A DNA stretch of 64,000 nucleotides, taken from contig CAYTYR010000013.1 of the NCBI GenBank assembly GCA_964441745.1, forward strand, positions 1 to 64,000. Direction: 5' to 3'. Shown here in pieces: positions 18,748-28,283 of the stretch. This DNA comes from an uncultured Clostridia bacterium (GTDB lineage Bacteria > CAYTYR01 > UBA6262). The first letter of the stretch is position 1, and every line of letters starts with the position of its first letter. The notes below the pieces were generated by a model. It did not search any database, was not told the origin of the DNA, and saw nothing but the letters and a program-made list of their open reading frames with translations. A program made the translations under genes and the position numbers.

Positions 18748-18957
18748 CTATATTTTACCGATAAAAACACTCAAGGAAACGATATCCGCCTTGAGCTATC
18801 CCTTCCGTGACTTTTTATTCAGTTGTGGGGTTCTATCTAACATATAGCACGCGTTCTAAATCTTGCAAGTGATTTCTTGAAAAGCAATTTTGATTTTTCC
18901 AAACTCTATTTGGGAAAATCAGCAGGGGAAAACTTCTAACTCAAAACTGTTCCTGAG

Positions 18958-20094
18958 TTAGCCTTTCACCGCGCCGGCGGTCAGGCCGGAAATAATATGT
19001 TTCTGCATCATTAAATAAACAATAATCACCGGTATAGCCGTAATGATGACTCCAGCCATCAAATAATTCCACTGGGTCTTATAGGTTCCCTGGAAAGCCA
19101 GTAACCCGGCCTGTATCGGCATCTTACTGCTGTCAGAGAAAACGATCACCGCAAAAAGGAATTCTTTCCAGACGCTTAAAGCCCCGAAAATACCGGTCAC
19201 CGCCAGGATCGGGCGGGAAAGCGGCAGGATAATGCGGAAATAGATTCCGAGCCGGCTGCAGCCGTCAATGCGTGCCGCATCTTCCAGGTCCACTGGAATC
19301 GCCTCAAAAAAAGAACGCATCAGGAAAATAGTATAAGGCAGGCCGCTGGCAATCTGCGGCAAAATATATCCAGTGCGTGTATCCAACAAATTAATATTGG
19401 TCAAGATCAATTCCAGCAGTTTTTTAGGCTCGCCAGGATTCTTGGAAACCACAAAAGCATAGCCAGCCCCCGCTGTTAACAGCACGCCCAAGGCCAGGTA
19501 CATCATCTTGCGGAAAGAACCGGCAGTCACGATCAGCAGGGAAGCGATAGCGATCAAGACCACAAATAGGTATATCGGAAAATTTTGTAATAATAGATAT
19601 ACAGTAATAAAGATCGTGGGTAAAGGCATGACCAGGCTGGCCAAGAATAGATAGAAAATAAACTCTTTGCCGGGGAAACGCAGACGGGCGAACGCATACG
19701 AAGCCATCGACGAGAAAAGCAGCATAAAGAACACTACTGTGAGCATGTAAAAGAAGCTATTCATGAAATATTTGCTGAAATTGCCCTGTTTCCAGGCTTC
19801 TTTATAATTTCCCCATTGGATCGGCGCTGGCGGGATCAGACTGCGCAAAAGACGTCCGGTGGATTTAAGACGATTAGTGATCTTAGCGCTGGTACTTACA
19901 GGCACATTGGCATCGGTTATGGTATTCTGCTCATCAACCTGGTCACTGATCTGGTAAATCCCCTCAAAGGTGCGCAAGGAAGTGGAGACACCCCAAAGCA
20001 CCGGAAAGATCACCCAGGCCGCAAAGACCAGCAGGACCAGCTGAAACACGACATTAGTAAATATTTTTTTAAATTTTCCCGTACTTTTCTTCAT
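18958..20094 (-). CDS. Carbohydrate ABC transporter permease (MalG-type) with insertions
   Basis: SYAFARLRFPG; EAA loop LEDAARIDG; QKHIISGLTAGAVKG. Confidence 0.92.
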   Translation of the reverse strand: MKKSTGKFKKIFTNVVFQLVLLVFAAWVIFPVLWGVSTSLRTFEGIYQISDQVDEQNTITDANVPVSTSAKITNRLKSTGRLLRSLIPPAPIQWGNYKEAWKQGNFSKYFMNSFFYMLTVVFFMLLFSSMASYAFARLRFPGKEFIFYLFLASLVMPLPTIFITVYLLLQNFPIYLFVVLIAIASLLIVTAGSFRKMMYLALGVLLTAGAGYAFVVSKNPGEPKKLLELILTNINLLDTRTGYILPQIASGLPYTIFLMRSFFEAIPVDLEDAARIDGCSRLGIYFRIILPLSRPILAVTGIFGALSVWKEFLFAVIVFSDSSKMPIQAGLLAFQGTYKTQWNYLMAGVIITAIPVIIVYLMMQKHIISGLTAGAVKG

Positions 20095-20120
20095 GTATTC
20101 TTCGTCCCTTAACCAAAAAT

Positions 20121-20174
20121 AATCTGTGTAATCCCTGTCCGCCTCTGGCGGATCTTTTAAAAATCGGTGTAATC
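20121..20174. repeat. Family C arm carrying a CCTG-type REP-like palindrome
   Basis: AATCTGTGTAATC-CCTGTCCGCCTCTGGCGGA-TCTTTTAAA-AATCGGTGTAATC. Confidence 0.7.
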
Positions 20175-20179
20175 AGGAT

Positions 20180-21067
20180 TTACCAATCCACCAGCCATTT
20201 TTTGATCTGCAATTGCAACAGTGAAATGATGAATAATATTACTCCTAATAATACGCCCAGGGTCGTCGCATAACCCCACATGCCGTTCTGGAAGGCTTGC
20301 ATATACATTTGGTTTACTGGCACTTCTGTCGCGCCGGCAGGTCCTCCGCCAGTCATGACATAGATCAAATCAAATTGCTGCATGGCCCCGAGGATGGTTA
20401 AAATTGACACGCTGACAATAATAGGTAATAACAACGGAAATGTGATTTTCCAGAATTCCTGGAAATTGTTAGCGCCGTCAATACGCGCCGCTTCATAAAT
20501 ATCCCTTTCAATCCCCTGCAAGGCAGCCAGGAACATGACAAACCCCCAACCGAAGCTGGCCCAGATATTAACCATAGCTACTGTCGGCAAGGCGGTTTGC
20601 CGCGTACCCAGCCAGGGCAAGGCCCAGCTATCTAATCCTATATTTTTCAGGAAAATATTCAAAATCCCCATATTTGGTTCCAGGATCCATTTCCAGAGGA
20701 AAGCAATGACTACAAAAGACAACATCGGGGGAATAAAGAAAACTACGCGGTAGAATTTGGCGCCCTTTAGCTCTTTATCTACGATCCAGGCGAGCAACAG
20801 GGCCAAACCATTTTGAACGGTAATACCCATCAAAGCCAGGAAAGCGGCATTTTTAATGGGTTTCCAGAAATCCGGTGACTGGAACAGGGCCTTTTTGTAA
20901 TTAGACAGGCCGACAAACTGCATTTCATTAATCCCGTCCCAGGAATAGAACGTGATCAGGAAATTCTTGATAAACGGATAGATGACGAAAACACCGAAAA
21001 AGATCAAGGCTGGCAAGACAAAAAACATATACATTATTTCCCGGCGTTTCCATGGACGTTTAAGCAT
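20180..21067 (-). CDS. Carbohydrate ABC transporter permease (MalF-type)
   Basis: FVGLSNY, YEAARIDGA and MTGGGP motifs; ATG at 21067 after GAGGT. Confidence 0.92.
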   Translation of the reverse strand: MLKRPWKRREIMYMFFVLPALIFFGVFVIYPFIKNFLITFYSWDGINEMQFVGLSNYKKALFQSPDFWKPIKNAAFLALMGITVQNGLALLLAWIVDKELKGAKFYRVVFFIPPMLSFVVIAFLWKWILEPNMGILNIFLKNIGLDSWALPWLGTRQTALPTVAMVNIWASFGWGFVMFLAALQGIERDIYEAARIDGANNFQEFWKITFPLLLPIIVSVSILTILGAMQQFDLIYVMTGGGPAGATEVPVNQMYMQAFQNGMWGYATTLGVLLGVILFIISLLQLQIKKWLVDW

Positions 21068-21084
21068 GCAAAACCTCAATGTAT

Positions 21085-21129
21085 CAGCGGACAGCGGACA
21101 GTTTTTAGCGTATAGCGTTTAGCGTATAG
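21085..21129. repeat. Family A heptamer arm downstream of the four-helix-bundle gene (contains its stop codon)
   Basis: CAGCGGA CAGCGGA CAGTTTT TAGCGTA TAGCGTT TAGCGTA TAG. Confidence 0.85.
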
Positions 21130-21475
21130 GATTGATCATTTTATAAAGCATCGAGCCGACTTCCTTACGCAACTGCTCTAACTCACTATACTCAGGTAAT
21201 TCTAAGTATTTTAAGTCCTTTGCTAATAATAATTGTGTTTCAAACTCTGCCAGCGAACTATAGGCAATACTTAAGAATTGTCGATATTCATTTCTATGTT
21301 GCCTGGCATAACCTTCAGCTATATTTGACGGGATAGATACCGCGGCCCTTCTTATTTGTGAAGTTAATCCGTAGAGTTCATCTTTAGGAAACCGCGAAGT
21401 CACTTTATATGTTTCCAAAGTTAGCTTATAAGATTTCTGCCAGACTATCAAGTCCCTGAAACTTGTCGTTTTCAT
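21119..21475 (-). CDS. Four-helix-bundle protein (23S rRNA IVP / bAvd-like family)
   Basis: FRDLIVWQKS, FPKDELYGLTSQIRRAAVSIPSNIAEG and FLSIAYSSLAE motifs. Confidence 0.93.
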   Translation of the reverse strand: MKTTSFRDLIVWQKSYKLTLETYKVTSRFPKDELYGLTSQIRRAAVSIPSNIAEGYARQHRNEYRQFLSIAYSSLAEFETQLLLAKDLKYLELPEYSELEQLRKEVGSMLYKMINPIR

Positions 21476-21480
21476 CCTTG

Positions 21481-21517
21481 GCTTTTCTATCCGCTATACG
21501 CTACCCGCTATACGCTA
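21481..21517. repeat. Family A heptamer arm upstream of the four-helix-bundle gene (inverted relative to 21085-21129)
   Basis: GCTTTTCTA TCCGCTA TACGCTA CCCGCTA TACGCTA. Confidence 0.85.
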
Positions 21518-21520
21518 TTT

Positions 21521-22810
21521 TTACTCTTCGTATCTCTTACGGATGCGCTCATATTCTTCATCCAGGAACTTGCAAACTTGTTCCGGGGTTTTTTCATTTA
21601 AAATAATAGATTGGATCTCCACATTGACTTTGCTGAGGATCTCGCCCCACAGCGGCGGATTCTGGAACCGGCCATAATAAAGACTGCTCATCCACGGGAC
21701 GAATTTGGCCAATTTAGCGCCGGCCTTCATCTCTTTGCGCGCCGTCAGGTTTACCGGTATATTCTGGCTGGTTTCAGCGTACATTAACTGGGGAACCTTG
21801 CTGGTCAGGAACTTGACAAATTTAACCGCTGCTTCCTTGTTTTTACCATTAGCATTAACGGCAATAGCTGCCCCCGGCCCGCCAGGCAATAAGCACTGGT
21901 TAGCGGCATCAGCCGGCTGGGGAGGATAAAAAACGTCAAAATCCTGGAATTTTGGCGCAGTCTGTTTCCACACGCCGATCTCCCAGGATCCAAACCAGAA
22001 CATTCCCACTTTATTCTGCGGGAAAATATCTTCGCCATTGATCCCGCCGGTGATTCCCCGCATATACATTTTGGCATCGCGCATATCCGCGAAGATCTTA
22101 AAGCTCTTCACCACCCGGGGATCACTAAACTTGACCCGGCCAAAGGTCAAATCGGTAAATCCTTTCGTGCCTAAATAGGCAAAAGCGTAATTCATCCAGA
22201 AAGTATGGTTTTCCCATTGCTGGCCATAAAAATTAGCCACAAAGGGATCAATCCCGGCTGCTCTCAATTTACTGCCGGCAGCGATAAAATCAGTCCAGGT
22301 TTTAGGGACAGCTTTGATCCCTGCTTTTTCAAACAATTTAGTATTATAAAAAATAGCCATGCAATTGGCATCCACCGGCAGACCGTATAAACCGGCTTTT
22401 TTCACGCCATACACCGGCAGGTCTTCAGCCGTAAAGGTAAAACCACGCAGGTAGTTCTCAGGGATGGAGCTTTTCCATTCCTGATCCAGATATGGGGTCA
22501 GATCCAGGAAATGGCCGCCGCGGACATAGGCGGCATAATTAGTAATATTCAAGGTAATCGTCACCAGGTCAGGCAAGGCCTTGCCGCGGGTGGCGGCGCT
22601 CAATCTCCGGTCATAAGCTTCCGGAGGCCCATAATTCTGCACATCTACCTGGATCCCGGTCTGCTTTTCAAAATCGATCGCGATCTTTTTTAAAACCGCG
22701 TCCCGGTCAGTAAAATAATGCCAATAAACCAGTTTGACCGGTTCAGCAAAAAGCGCTGAAACAGACATTACCAGACTTAAAAGCGCGATCAGCCCTGCAA
22801 GTTTTTTCAT
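21521..22810 (-). CDS. Sugar ABC transporter extracellular solute-binding protein (family 1)
   Basis: Signal peptide; LVYWHY, LPDL, LYGLP...AIFYNTKLFEKAG, PKTW and GMFWFGSW motifs. Confidence 0.9.
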   Translation of the reverse strand: MKKLAGLIALLSLVMSVSALFAEPVKLVYWHYFTDRDAVLKKIAIDFEKQTGIQVDVQNYGPPEAYDRRLSAATRGKALPDLVTITLNITNYAAYVRGGHFLDLTPYLDQEWKSSIPENYLRGFTFTAEDLPVYGVKKAGLYGLPVDANCMAIFYNTKLFEKAGIKAVPKTWTDFIAAGSKLRAAGIDPFVANFYGQQWENHTFWMNYAFAYLGTKGFTDLTFGRVKFSDPRVVKSFKIFADMRDAKMYMRGITGGINGEDIFPQNKVGMFWFGSWEIGVWKQTAPKFQDFDVFYPPQPADAANQCLLPGGPGAAIAVNANGKNKEAAVKFVKFLTSKVPQLMYAETSQNIPVNLTARKEMKAGAKLAKFVPWMSSLYYGRFQNPPLWGEILSKVNVEIQSIILNEKTPEQVCKFLDEEYERIRKRYEE

Positions 22811-22877
22811 GATATTATCTCCTTTAATATCAACCTGTCATTCCCTGATGGGTTGCTGGTCCTTAAAATATTAGCTG

Positions 22878-22912
22878 AAAAAAAAGGAGAAGCGATTTAT
22901 TCGCTTCTCCTT
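22878..22912 (-). terminator. Intrinsic terminator after the CBM11-like gene
   Basis: Stem AAGGAGAAGCGA/TCGCTTCTCCTT running into T8 on the minus strand. Confidence 0.8.
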
Positions 22913-22917
22913 ATATG

Positions 22918-23559
22918 CTATTTTGTCTTTGTTGTTAATTCAACCTTATCAAAACTCCACTCACCCTCGTTCTTGGGGCGCGGCTCAAACTGATAAGTCA
23001 TGATCGGAAAATCAAGAGTCTTATTTTTTGCCGCGTTATTAGGCTGCCAGTCAGTTCTTACTTCAAACGATTTGAAAGGGATGATCACCTGTTTCCAGAC
23101 ATCGCTGTCATCTTTCACCAAGTACCGGAAATACTCTTTTTTAGAGTCAATAATATCCAGCGCCAGCTGTTTTCCGGAGTTAGTGCCTTTCATCCAGAAA
23201 CTGAACGCATTATATTTATCCCATTTTATATCCTGGGGTCTTACCTTCCAGGCCCCAGCGCCTTTGACATCTATATTATAGCCCCTGGCTATCCAGATCC
23301 AGCCGCCAGGCATGGCAAAAAACACTACTTTGAGAGACTGCTTGCCCTCCACTTTATCAGCATCATCGGCATATACTTCCACTGAAGAACCGCCGCCTGA
23401 GCCATAATCAACGTTACCGCTCATTGAGCCGGAGGTAATCCCAGCCGGAATGATCTCACCCTCAAAACCATCCAGCAACAGCGAATCTGCCGCGAAACTA
23501 TTAACTGCACCAAGACTGAGCATTAACATTATTACTAAGCTTGCCAACAACTTATGCAT
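22918..23559 (-). CDS. Secreted CBM11-like carbohydrate-binding protein
   Basis: Signal peptide; LLLDGFEG, WDKYNAFSFWMKG, WKQVIIPFKSF..R.DWQP and LDFPI motifs. Confidence 0.75.
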   Translation of the reverse strand: MHKLLASLVIMLMLSLGAVNSFAADSLLLDGFEGEIIPAGITSGSMSGNVDYGSGGGSSVEVYADDADKVEGKQSLKVVFFAMPGGWIWIARGYNIDVKGAGAWKVRPQDIKWDKYNAFSFWMKGTNSGKQLALDIIDSKKEYFRYLVKDDSDVWKQVIIPFKSFEVRTDWQPNNAAKNKTLDFPIMTYQFEPRPKNEGEWSFDKVELTTKTK

Positions 23560-23712
23560 ACTTTCCTCCTGTCCTGATTTTAATCATTGCCAAAATCAAA
23601 TATACTTCCTGATCCTCTTAATAGTTTAGACTGCTTAAACGATTAAAAGTTCCCAAACTATTTTTAACTTTAGTAATGATTAAATTTCAAAGAACTTTTC
23701 TTTTAAATTACA

Positions 23713-23744
23713 GGGTCTTTCCCCAGAAACCTGGGGAAAGACCC
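23713..23744. terminator. Perfect 14-bp hairpin (terminator of the TonB receptor gene or a 5-prime leader stem)
   Basis: GGGTCTTTCCCCAG-AAAC-CTGGGGAAAGACCC; no strong U tract. Confidence 0.55.
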
Positions 23745-23759
23745 CGCTTAACTTACTTA

Positions 23760-23788
23760 ATAATACACTAAATCTTTTACTTTGTCAA
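23760..23788 (-). promoter_or_regulatory. Promoter
   Basis: TTGACA-N17-TATTAT. Confidence 0.6.
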
Positions 23789-23792
23789 GCAA

Positions 23793-25973
23793 TTACCAGA
23801 GGTAGCTGACCTTAGCTTCGAAATACTGGGGATTAACCTGTTGCCAGTGTCCCGGGTCCATCGAACTGCTGCTGCCATAAACGGCATTGGTCAGGTTCTT
23901 ACCAAGAACGGTCAGGTTCAGGTTCTTTATCCCAACATTTCTAGCTGTGGCTGACAGATCAAGTTCGCCGCCGGTGGACCAAGAATATCCGGACCAACCA
24001 GCTTCATTCGCGTCGTTGCTGCCACGGTTCTGCATCTTCGCGTGGATCTTGTAGATACCAGATACACTGTAATTCTCAGTGATATCATAGTACGCGCCAG
24101 CAGACATATTCCATCTCGGCACAGCAGTTTTATTGAAGTCTGCATCGGTTTCTGTATCGATCACGCCTGATCCGCTTAACAGGTTAGCCGGAGCATTGGT
24201 GATGCGGTTCTTCAGCAACTGGCTGCCGGAAACAAATCCGCCGAAGTTTGACCAGTCGTAGGAAATATTTGCTTCAATACCGCGTACCTGGTGATCGCCT
24301 ACATTGTAGAAACCACGGAGCTGACCAAGGGAAGCATCAACTGCCGGCCAGCTGGTACCTGTGTACACAAAGTTAGCAAAGTCATACAGGATTTCCTGAT
24401 AATAGCTGGCCAGGACTTTCATGTTCTTTACCGGCCGCATATCAACCACGAATTCTGTGGACTCAGCAGTGGTGCACTTCTGGGTACCTCTTAAGGCGAT
24501 GTTGGTCTGTTCAGAGTATCTTTCGAAAGTATTCAACCGGGTAAAGCCCTGTTGGTAGATGCCTTTCAAGAAGAGGTTCTCTATCGGGCTGTACACAACG
24601 GCTGCTTTCGGGAAGAATTTGTGCATCTTTTCTCTGGCATCGCGGAACTGGTTTCCAGGATTGAATTCGCCGACATAACGTCCGCCGCCAGTGATGCTGA
24701 GGTTGTCCAGCAATTGGTACTTAGCATCGAGATAACCTTCAGCCGCGGCAATGTCATTGCCCATTTCGGTAAAGGTGGGCAAAAATTCCGGTGGATCATA
24801 CTGAAAAGCAGAACCTGGGACATTGGGATCCCAATTTCTAGTCTCCGGGTTCCAGGTAACTGACGCGCCTGATCCCTGCGCTGACCATACGCCAACCTGG
24901 GCACCGAGCACGACGCTCAGTTCTTCAGTCGGGTTCATCAAGACGTTGGTATCAAGTTCCCATCTCTTCTCAGTCTTCATTTCATAAGAATCGGTAGGAT
25001 CAGTTGCTTTTAGATGGAACACATCATACATCTGGTAGAAATTATTGAACCTGAGGGTGGTGGTCCAGTCCGTGTTTTTCCAAAATTCAGGCTTTTTGAC
25101 AATAATGTTGACATCGTCAGCATAATTTTCAATGCCCTTTACACGATTAGAATCTGCGTCGTTTACATACTCACGGGTAACTCTTTCTTCCAAACGACGA
25201 TAAGCGAGGGTGAAATCCTTATAGGTCATGTTCGCGAATATCTGGTAATCAGGCAGAGGATTGGTCCAAGCATGGGCATCCATCGCTCTAAAACCGTATC
25301 CACCCCATTCTTCCACGAATCTCTTCGCACCTTTATAATAGGCGGTGTTCACTAACAATTGATAAGAAAGGTCATCACTCGGCTTTTGCGCCATATTCAG
25401 GTTGTAACGAGCCATACCATATTTACCGACTACTACACTGGTATTTACGCCCGTAAACTGCGCCGCACCTTTATGCACGATATTGATGGTGCCTTCCGTG
25501 CCTTGGCCGCCCCACACTGAAGTGTTGGGCCCCTTCACGATTTCGATTCTCTCGACATCGTCAAAAGAGTTCGGCCAGTTGTTTTCGCCCAGGCCCAAGA
25601 AGGTAGGCATCAGCATGCCGTCATACAGGAACAATACCTTGTCATTGGCATAACCAGATACGCCTCTCAGCACCAAGACTTCATCGGCTCCCTTAAATGT
25701 ATGCCAACCACCTTCGATAACCTCAAAAAGGTCATTGACGTTCCTGATGGCATATCTTTCAAGGAACTTCCCGGAAAGGACAGTTACGTTAGCAGCTGCT
25801 TCGTACGTTTTTTCTGTACGTTTGGTAACACCGCTGACCATATCTTCACCGAAGAGGGCCAACTCGGTTACAGCTGCTTCTTCCGCCATTACTGGCACAA
25901 CTAAACTGATCATGATAGCTAAAATAAATAAAGGACGAACTAAATTTTTTAACGCTTTATGCAATTCCATCAT
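23793..25973 (-). CDS. TonB-dependent receptor
   Basis: Plug motifs AANVTVL, LRG, VLFLYDG and VERIEIVKGP..SVWG..GTINIV; C-terminal KNLTN...VSYLW. Confidence 0.88.
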   Translation of the reverse strand: MMELHKALKNLVRPLFILAIMISLVVPVMAEEAAVTELALFGEDMVSGVTKRTEKTYEAAANVTVLSGKFLERYAIRNVNDLFEVIEGGWHTFKGADEVLVLRGVSGYANDKVLFLYDGMLMPTFLGLGENNWPNSFDDVERIEIVKGPNTSVWGGQGTEGTINIVHKGAAQFTGVNTSVVVGKYGMARYNLNMAQKPSDDLSYQLLVNTAYYKGAKRFVEEWGGYGFRAMDAHAWTNPLPDYQIFANMTYKDFTLAYRRLEERVTREYVNDADSNRVKGIENYADDVNIIVKKPEFWKNTDWTTTLRFNNFYQMYDVFHLKATDPTDSYEMKTEKRWELDTNVLMNPTEELSVVLGAQVGVWSAQGSGASVTWNPETRNWDPNVPGSAFQYDPPEFLPTFTEMGNDIAAAEGYLDAKYQLLDNLSITGGGRYVGEFNPGNQFRDAREKMHKFFPKAAVVYSPIENLFLKGIYQQGFTRLNTFERYSEQTNIALRGTQKCTTAESTEFVVDMRPVKNMKVLASYYQEILYDFANFVYTGTSWPAVDASLGQLRGFYNVGDHQVRGIEANISYDWSNFGGFVSGSQLLKNRITNAPANLLSGSGVIDTETDADFNKTAVPRWNMSAGAYYDITENYSVSGIYKIHAKMQNRGSNDANEAGWSGYSWSTGGELDLSATARNVGIKNLNLTVLGKNLTNAVYGSSSSMDPGHWQQVNPQYFEAKVSYLW

Positions 25974-26094
25974 TTACACCCCTTTCTAAATTTGATTTTC
26001 GGCAAAACTGTTTATGTTCAGCAGCTCACCTCCTTCTGTTATGTTAAATCCGTCTCTTCCTATATATAATAAGAGATTATTTTTAGGCTATTTC

Positions 26095-26123
26095 ATTATA
26101 GCACTATCAAAAATTCTTGTAAA
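26095..26123 (-). promoter_or_regulatory. Promoter of the TonB receptor gene
   Basis: TTTACA-N17-TATAAT with extended TG. Confidence 0.65.
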
Positions 26124-26144
26124 GCAAAAAATTATTAAAAACGA

Positions 26145-28217
26145 TTAAGACAGCTTAAATTTGCTGGCTGAATCCTTCAGGCTCTCCGCGATCTCTTTCA
26201 GGTTTTCGATCGAAGTGGAAATCTCCTCAAAAGTGGCGACTTGTTCTTCGCTCGAAGCGCTGGCTTCCTCAGCGCTGGCCGCTGTTTCCTCAGAGCTAGC
26301 GGCTATATCCTCGATCTGCCCGGCAATATTCTTGGCGGCCTGGCTGATATCCTTAAAGCTCTTGCCGGCATCAGTGGTGACATTCGCTGATTCACCGACA
26401 TCTTTGGCCACTATTTCTACGGCTGTGACAGCTTTATTAGTTTCTGTTTGCACCTCGTTGATAAGCCGCGCGATCTCGCTCGCGCTTTGGGCCGAGCCTT
26501 CAGCTAATTTCCTGACTTCATCCGCGACCACGGCAAAACCGCGGCCAGCCTCCCCGGCCCTGGCTGCTTCAATCGCGGCATTCAGGGAAAGCAGGTTGGT
26601 CTGATCCGCTACCTTAGTTATATAATTAATGATCTCACCGATCTGCATGGAACGCTTGCCCAAGTTTTTGATCAACTCCGCAGATTGATAAGCGCTCTCC
26701 TTGGAATGAGACACTTTGGCAATGACCCCGCTGATATTCTCATCACCGGTTTCAGCGGTCTTAGCCGCTTTTTGCGCTACAGTGGCTACGGTCTGCGTAG
26801 TATCAGATATCTTGGTAATGGATACGGATATCTGGCTGACATTGGAAGCCATCTGCGAGATAGCTTCGCTGGAAGTCCGGGACAAGGAAGCCATTTCATT
26901 GGCCCGGGAATGGATCTGGTTGGAAGATTCCTGTATTTGCGAGATCAGGTCACGCAATCCGGTGATCATGGAGGAAAGCGCGTTGCCGAATAAGTCCTTG
27001 GTGGAACGAGGCTTAATAGCGGTGGTCAAATTGCCGCGGGATATGTCCTGGGTAATATTGGCCATTTCCTGCAGATATTCCACAATTTGCTTAAAGGAAG
27101 TGCCTAAGACGTCAGATTGCGACCGCACCCTGATACTGCCGCTGATGTTGCCTTGTGAAATTTCCTGGGCTAACTGGCTCATTTCCTGGAAATAGCTGAC
27201 CATTTCCTTAAAGGCCACTCCTAAGATATCCTTGTCGCTGCGCGGATGAATATTGCCGCTAATATTACCTTGGGAGATATTCTGGGCCAGCTCGGCCATT
27301 TCCTGCAAATAGGTCACCATTTCTTTAAAAGCATTACCTAACACATCCCGCTCTGACCGCGGCGGGATATCTGTGCTCAGTTCACCCTGGGCGACCAAAT
27401 TGGCATTTTTCGCCATCTCCTCAATATACCTGACCATCTGGTTGAAAGCCCGTCCCAGGTCGCCGATCTCATCATTGGATTTGATCTGCAATTCTTCTTC
27501 TATTTCACCCTGGGAAATCTTCTGGATCTTATAGATCACTTGTTTTAATGGATTTAAGGTATAACGAGAGGCCATAATAATAAGGGCTATGCCAATTAAT
27601 ATTATAATTAAGGTAAAGAGCATTATCAGATATTTTATTTTGCGCAACTCATCGCTAATGCCAGTGGTATTCATGGTGATCTGCACAACGCCGATAATTT
27701 CCTTCTTCACTTCCGCGGACCCGGATTTTTCAGACCGACCGGCGCCCAATCCCATCATGGATTCCAGATCCGACCCCACGCCAGAACCTGCCGACTGGGT
27801 CACCTTGCTGACCACGGGAACAGTAATAACAATAGTTTTGCTATCCGGTTTCTGGTAGGACACTTCCTTAGTTTCCAGGGCTTTTTTCTCAATGTCTGAT
27901 TCTACGGCCTGGTCGATCTTAGTTGACACGCTATGGGATAAGAACCGCCCATCCTTATTAATAATACTAGCCGTGGCCACATCTTTTTCTTTCATCGCGC
28001 TTTCGACAAAATTCCCCAAACTGGTCCGGTCTTCCGCCAGGATACTGAACTGGCAGTTATTGGCAATACCGTTAGCGATCGTTTCTCCTCTTTTTTCCAA
28101 GGCATTCAGCAATAATGTACTCTCGTGATTAATCAGGTACGTACTAAAAAATAAGGCAATCAGCACGATCAGCCCGGCGGTGAACATGATAAGCTTATTT
28201 TGTAGATTCAGTACCAC
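26145..28217 (-). CDS. Methyl-accepting chemotaxis protein with a periplasmic sensor domain and a poly-HAMP array
   Basis: Two TM helices; one HAMP plus four 39-aa repeats; hairpin tip [34 protein letters not shown]. Confidence 0.93.
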   Translation of the reverse strand: MVLNLQNKLIMFTAGLIVLIALFFSTYLINHESTLLLNALEKRGETIANGIANNCQFSILAEDRTSLGNFVESAMKEKDVATASIINKDGRFLSHSVSTKIDQAVESDIEKKALETKEVSYQKPDSKTIVITVPVVSKVTQSAGSGVGSDLESMMGLGAGRSEKSGSAEVKKEIIGVVQITMNTTGISDELRKIKYLIMLFTLIIILIGIALIIMASRYTLNPLKQVIYKIQKISQGEIEEELQIKSNDEIGDLGRAFNQMVRYIEEMAKNANLVAQGELSTDIPPRSERDVLGNAFKEMVTYLQEMAELAQNISQGNISGNIHPRSDKDILGVAFKEMVSYFQEMSQLAQEISQGNISGSIRVRSQSDVLGTSFKQIVEYLQEMANITQDISRGNLTTAIKPRSTKDLFGNALSSMITGLRDLISQIQESSNQIHSRANEMASLSRTSSEAISQMASNVSQISVSITKISDTTQTVATVAQKAAKTAETGDENISGVIAKVSHSKESAYQSAELIKNLGKRSMQIGEIINYITKVADQTNLLSLNAAIEAARAGEAGRGFAVVADEVRKLAEGSAQSASEIARLINEVQTETNKAVTAVEIVAKDVGESANVTTDAGKSFKDISQAAKNIAGQIEDIAASSEETAASAEEASASSEEQVATFEEISTSIENLKEIAESLKDSASKFKLS

Positions 28218-28283
28218 TTTTTTGTCTCCCTTTTTTAAAGTTAGTCTTCGCTTTGCTCAGTACTAACCGAAATTCCTACCCTA

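Noticed and set aside
18773-18796. CTCAAGG...CCTTGAG hairpin as a riboswitch
   Set aside because: A 7-bp stem with a long loop, upstream of the better promoter candidate, with no recognisable aptamer motif.
21119-21475. Diversity-generating retroelement or 23S rRNA intervening sequence, suggested by the Avd/IVP-like protein
   Set aside because: No reverse transcriptase, no TR/VR pair with adenine-specific differences, and no rRNA gene in the window.
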